Shown: positions 61,754-64,000 of the stretch, piece after piece
Layout of the letters: the number at the start of each line of letters is the position of its first letter
Numbering within the stretch: position 1 is the first letter of the stretch
From: an uncultured delta proteobacterium
GTDB lineage: Bacteria; Desulfobacterota; Syntrophorhabdia; Syntrophorhabdales; WCHB1-27
Reading direction: 5' to 3'
DNA length: 64,000 nucleotides
NCBI GenBank assembly: GCA_963818095.1
Contig: CAWFRA010000027.1
Coordinates: 2,142-66,141 of the forward strand
Program-made: the position numbers and the translations under genes
The notes under the pieces: generated by a model
Told to the model about the DNA's origin: nothing
The model's database searches: none
The model's input: only the letters and a program-made list of their open reading frames with translations

Positions 61754-62023
61754 TGAATAGGGTCTTCCTCTCAGGGAAGATAAGAAAAAGACCGGAAGTG
61801 GCATACACCCCGAAGGGCCGAAGGGTCGTCACTTTCCCGCTGTGGGTAGACGAAGGCGCGTTCAGCGTGGAGGTGATAGGCTCAGGCGAGGTCTTTCCAG
61901 GCAAAGTGGACGATGCGCTGGGGGGCGGCGTGCTCGTTGCGGGAGAGCTGATCAGGACGCAGGCTCAAGTCCCGTGATGTGTTGAGAGTGAAGGCCAGTA
62001 AAATTTTATGGATGGAGGAATAA
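61753..62023 (+). pseudogene. mini OB-fold protein in the ssb/priB position (SSB/PriB-like), C-terminal frameshift as assembled
   Basis: MNRVFLSGKIRKRPEVAYTPKGRRVVTFPLWV...VLVAGELI. +1 change ~61950 gives ..RLKSRDVLRVKASKILWMEE, ending TAA 62021-62023 immediately before the rpsR ATG. Confidence 0.6.
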
Positions 62024-62275
62024 ATGCCGAGGATGCAGGATTCCGGAAAAAAGCGCGTCTACGTGAGGAAGCGGGTCTGCCGGTTTTGCCAGGACGCGAG
62101 CATCAAGATAGATTACAAGGACCCGAAGCTCCTTAAGCATTTCGTTACCGAGCGCGGTAAGATCATGCCCCGGAGGATGACGGGGACGTGCGCGAACCAC
62201 CAGAGGAAGCTGCGGGAAGAGATCAAGAAGGCCCGGCACATCGCGCTTTTGCCCTTCACCACAGTGACGCGATAG
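62024..62275 (+). CDS. rpsR: 30S ribosomal protein S18
   Basis: [49 protein letters not shown]. Confidence 0.96.
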   Translation: MPRMQDSGKKRVYVRKRVCRFCQDASIKIDYKDPKLLKHFVTERGKIMPRRMTGTCANHQRKLREEIKKARHIALLPFTTVTR

Positions 62276-62288
62276 GAGGTAGCAAGCG

Positions 62289-62740
62289 ATGAAGGTCATA
62301 CTGCTCGACAACGTGGACGGGGTAGGCAAGAAGGGCGAGACGCGCGAGGTGAGGGACGGCTACGGACGGAACTTTCTTGTGCCCAGGGGTTTTGCCATGC
62401 CGGCGACGCACGGCGCCATCAAGAAGGTGCAGGAACAGGCCAAGCGTCATCATGGGGAAGAGGGAAAAGGACGTCAAGACCGCGGAGAACGTGAAGAAGC
62501 AGCTCGAAGAGGCGCCGCCCATCGTCATCAAGAAGAAAACGGGCGTGGACGGGAAGCTTTTCGGCTCCGTGACGGCTAAGGAGATTGCCGAGGCGATGAA
62601 GAAGGCGCTCGATTTCGACATGGACCGGAGGACGCTCACGACTAAACGAGCCCATAAAGATGACGGGCGCCTATACGGTCGAGGCGCATCTCGAAAAAGG
62701 CGTCATAGCCCAGGTGAGGCTCGAAATAGAAGAAGAGTAA
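62289..62740 (+). pseudogene. rplI: 50S ribosomal protein L9, two +1 frame changes as assembled
   Basis: MKVILLDNVDGVGKKGETREVRDGYGRNFLVPRGFAMPAT.. / ..GKLFGSVTAKEIAEAMKK.. / ..IKMTGAYTVEAHLEKGVIAQVRLEI. Changes ~62445 and ~62640. Confidence 0.9.
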
Positions 62741-64000
62741 ATGGCAAGGGTCGGGAAAAGTCCCTGTTGAGAGCAAGGGGCGCGTACCGCCCCAGAACCT
62801 CGACGCGGAGCAGTCGGTTCTCGGCGGCATCCTGATCGACCCGGAGGCCCTCAACAAGATAGTCGACGTCGTCGACGCGGAGGACTTTTACAGGGAGGAC
62901 CACAGGACCATTTTCCAGGTGGTCCTCGACCTTTACGAGAAGAACGAGCCGATCGACCTCGTCACCGTGACCAGTCTGGCCCGGGACAGGGGGCTCATAG
63001 AAAAGATAGGGGGCGTGGCGAACCTCAGCCGCACTGGTGGACGCCATGCCCACGTCGGCCAATATCGTCCAGTACGCGAAGATGGTGAGGGAGAAGGCGC
63101 TGCTCCGGAACCTCATGCATACCGCGACGGAGATCGTCGAGAGGGGCTATGAAGTCGATACGAACGTAGACAGCTTCATCGACGAGGCCGAGAAGATGAT
63201 CTTCCAGATCGCGGAGAAGAAATACAAGCCCTCGTTCTATTCCATCAAGGACCTCGTGATGGAGAACATGAAGGTCATCGAGAGGCTCTCCGAGAAGAAA
63301 CAGGCGGTCACCGGGCGTGCCTACGGGCTTTACCGAGCTCGACAAGATGACGAGCGGCCTCCAGCCCTCCGACCTTATCATAGTCGCGGGCAGGCCGAGC
63401 ATGGGGAAGACCGCCTTCTGCCTGAATATCGCCCAGCACGTCGGCCTTTCGGACGGCGGCATCCCGGTGGGGATATTTTCCCTCGAGATGTCGAAAGAGC
63501 AGCTCGTCATGAGGCTCTTAAGCTCGGAGGCGGAGGTCGAGTTTCTCCAAGCTCCGCTCGGGCATGATGAAGGATACGGAATGGCACCGGATAGGGACGG
63601 CGGCGGGGAGGCTCTACACGGCGCCCATCTATATCGACGATACGCCCGCCTTAAGCATCCTGGAGCTTCGGGCGAGGGCGAGGCGGCTGAAGAAGGAGCA
63701 CGGCCTCGAGCTGCTCGTGATCGACTACCTCCAGCTCATGCGCGGCAGGACGAGCAGCCTCGACCGGAGGGAGCAGGAGATATCGGAGATATCGCGGTTC
63801 CTCAAGGCCCTGGCGAAGGAGCTGAATATCCCGGTAATCGCCATATCGCAGCTCAACAGGATGGTGGAGCAGAGGGAAGACAAGCGGCCGCGCCTGGCGG
63901 ACCTGCGCGAGTCGGGCGCCATCGAGCAGGACGCGGACGTCATCATTTTCATTTACCGCGACGAGGTCTACAACAAGAATTCCGAGCGGAAGGGCGTGGC
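62741..64000 (+). pseudogene. dnaB: replicative DNA helicase DnaB (3' partial at window edge), at least four frame changes as assembled
   Basis: [66 protein letters not shown] (Walker A), [36 protein letters not shown]. Changes ~62760, 63035, 63320 and 63545. Confidence 0.92.

Overview
High-GC bacterial chromosomal window. I saw no rRNA, CRISPR array, transposase/integrase or recognisable defence genes. The right half (39.2-57.2 kb) is the str-S10-spc-alpha ribosomal super-operon (rpsL rpsG fusA tuf rpsJ rplD ... secY map infA rpmJ rpsM rpsK rpsD rpoA rplQ). It is followed by tRNA-Gln, a GT2/DUF2304 pair, tRNA-Gly, queA-tgt-yajC and rpsF-(mini OB-fold)-rpsR-rplI-dnaB. The left half carries housekeeping and envelope genes: rubredoxin/purC, hup, rpsU, an SDR, a DUF362 protein, a displaced monocistronic rplC, malQ, a SYLF protein and a GT9 heptosyltransferase. 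It also holds a poly-gamma-glutamate (PGA) cluster (pgsB-pgsC-accessory) flanked by amidohydrolase-type genes, an HDAC-like deacetylase, an IHF-like protein, system II cytochrome c biogenesis (ccsA/resB), rmuC, hrcA-grpE-dnaJ, an APC permease, ygiQ, the lnt-ybeY-pgpH-phoH block, an RlmI-like methyltransferase and a VKOR-DsbA fusion. The dominant oddity is roughly 70 single-base reading-frame disruptions (manual, approximate count), many in indispensable genes (ribosomal proteins, secY, rpoA, map, dnaB). They are clustered in some blocks and absent from others, the -1 events sit in homopolymer runs, and one matching defect lies in a tRNA acceptor stem. This is best explained by uncorrected sequencing/assembly indels; I label such genes pseudogene 'as assembled'. 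I did not find a convincing new multi-gene system. The most interesting biological candidates are: (i) rplC excised from the S10 operon and placed 37 kb away with its own promoter and terminator; (ii) a pgsA-less PGA locus next to a secreted N-formylglutamate-amidohydrolase-like protein; (iii) a mini OB-fold gene in the ssb/priB slot; (iv) an in-frame UROD/MetE-like::RmuC ORF; (v) a four-Cys insertion in EF-Tu. All family assignments are from motif recognition by eye and need HMM/BLAST confirmation.
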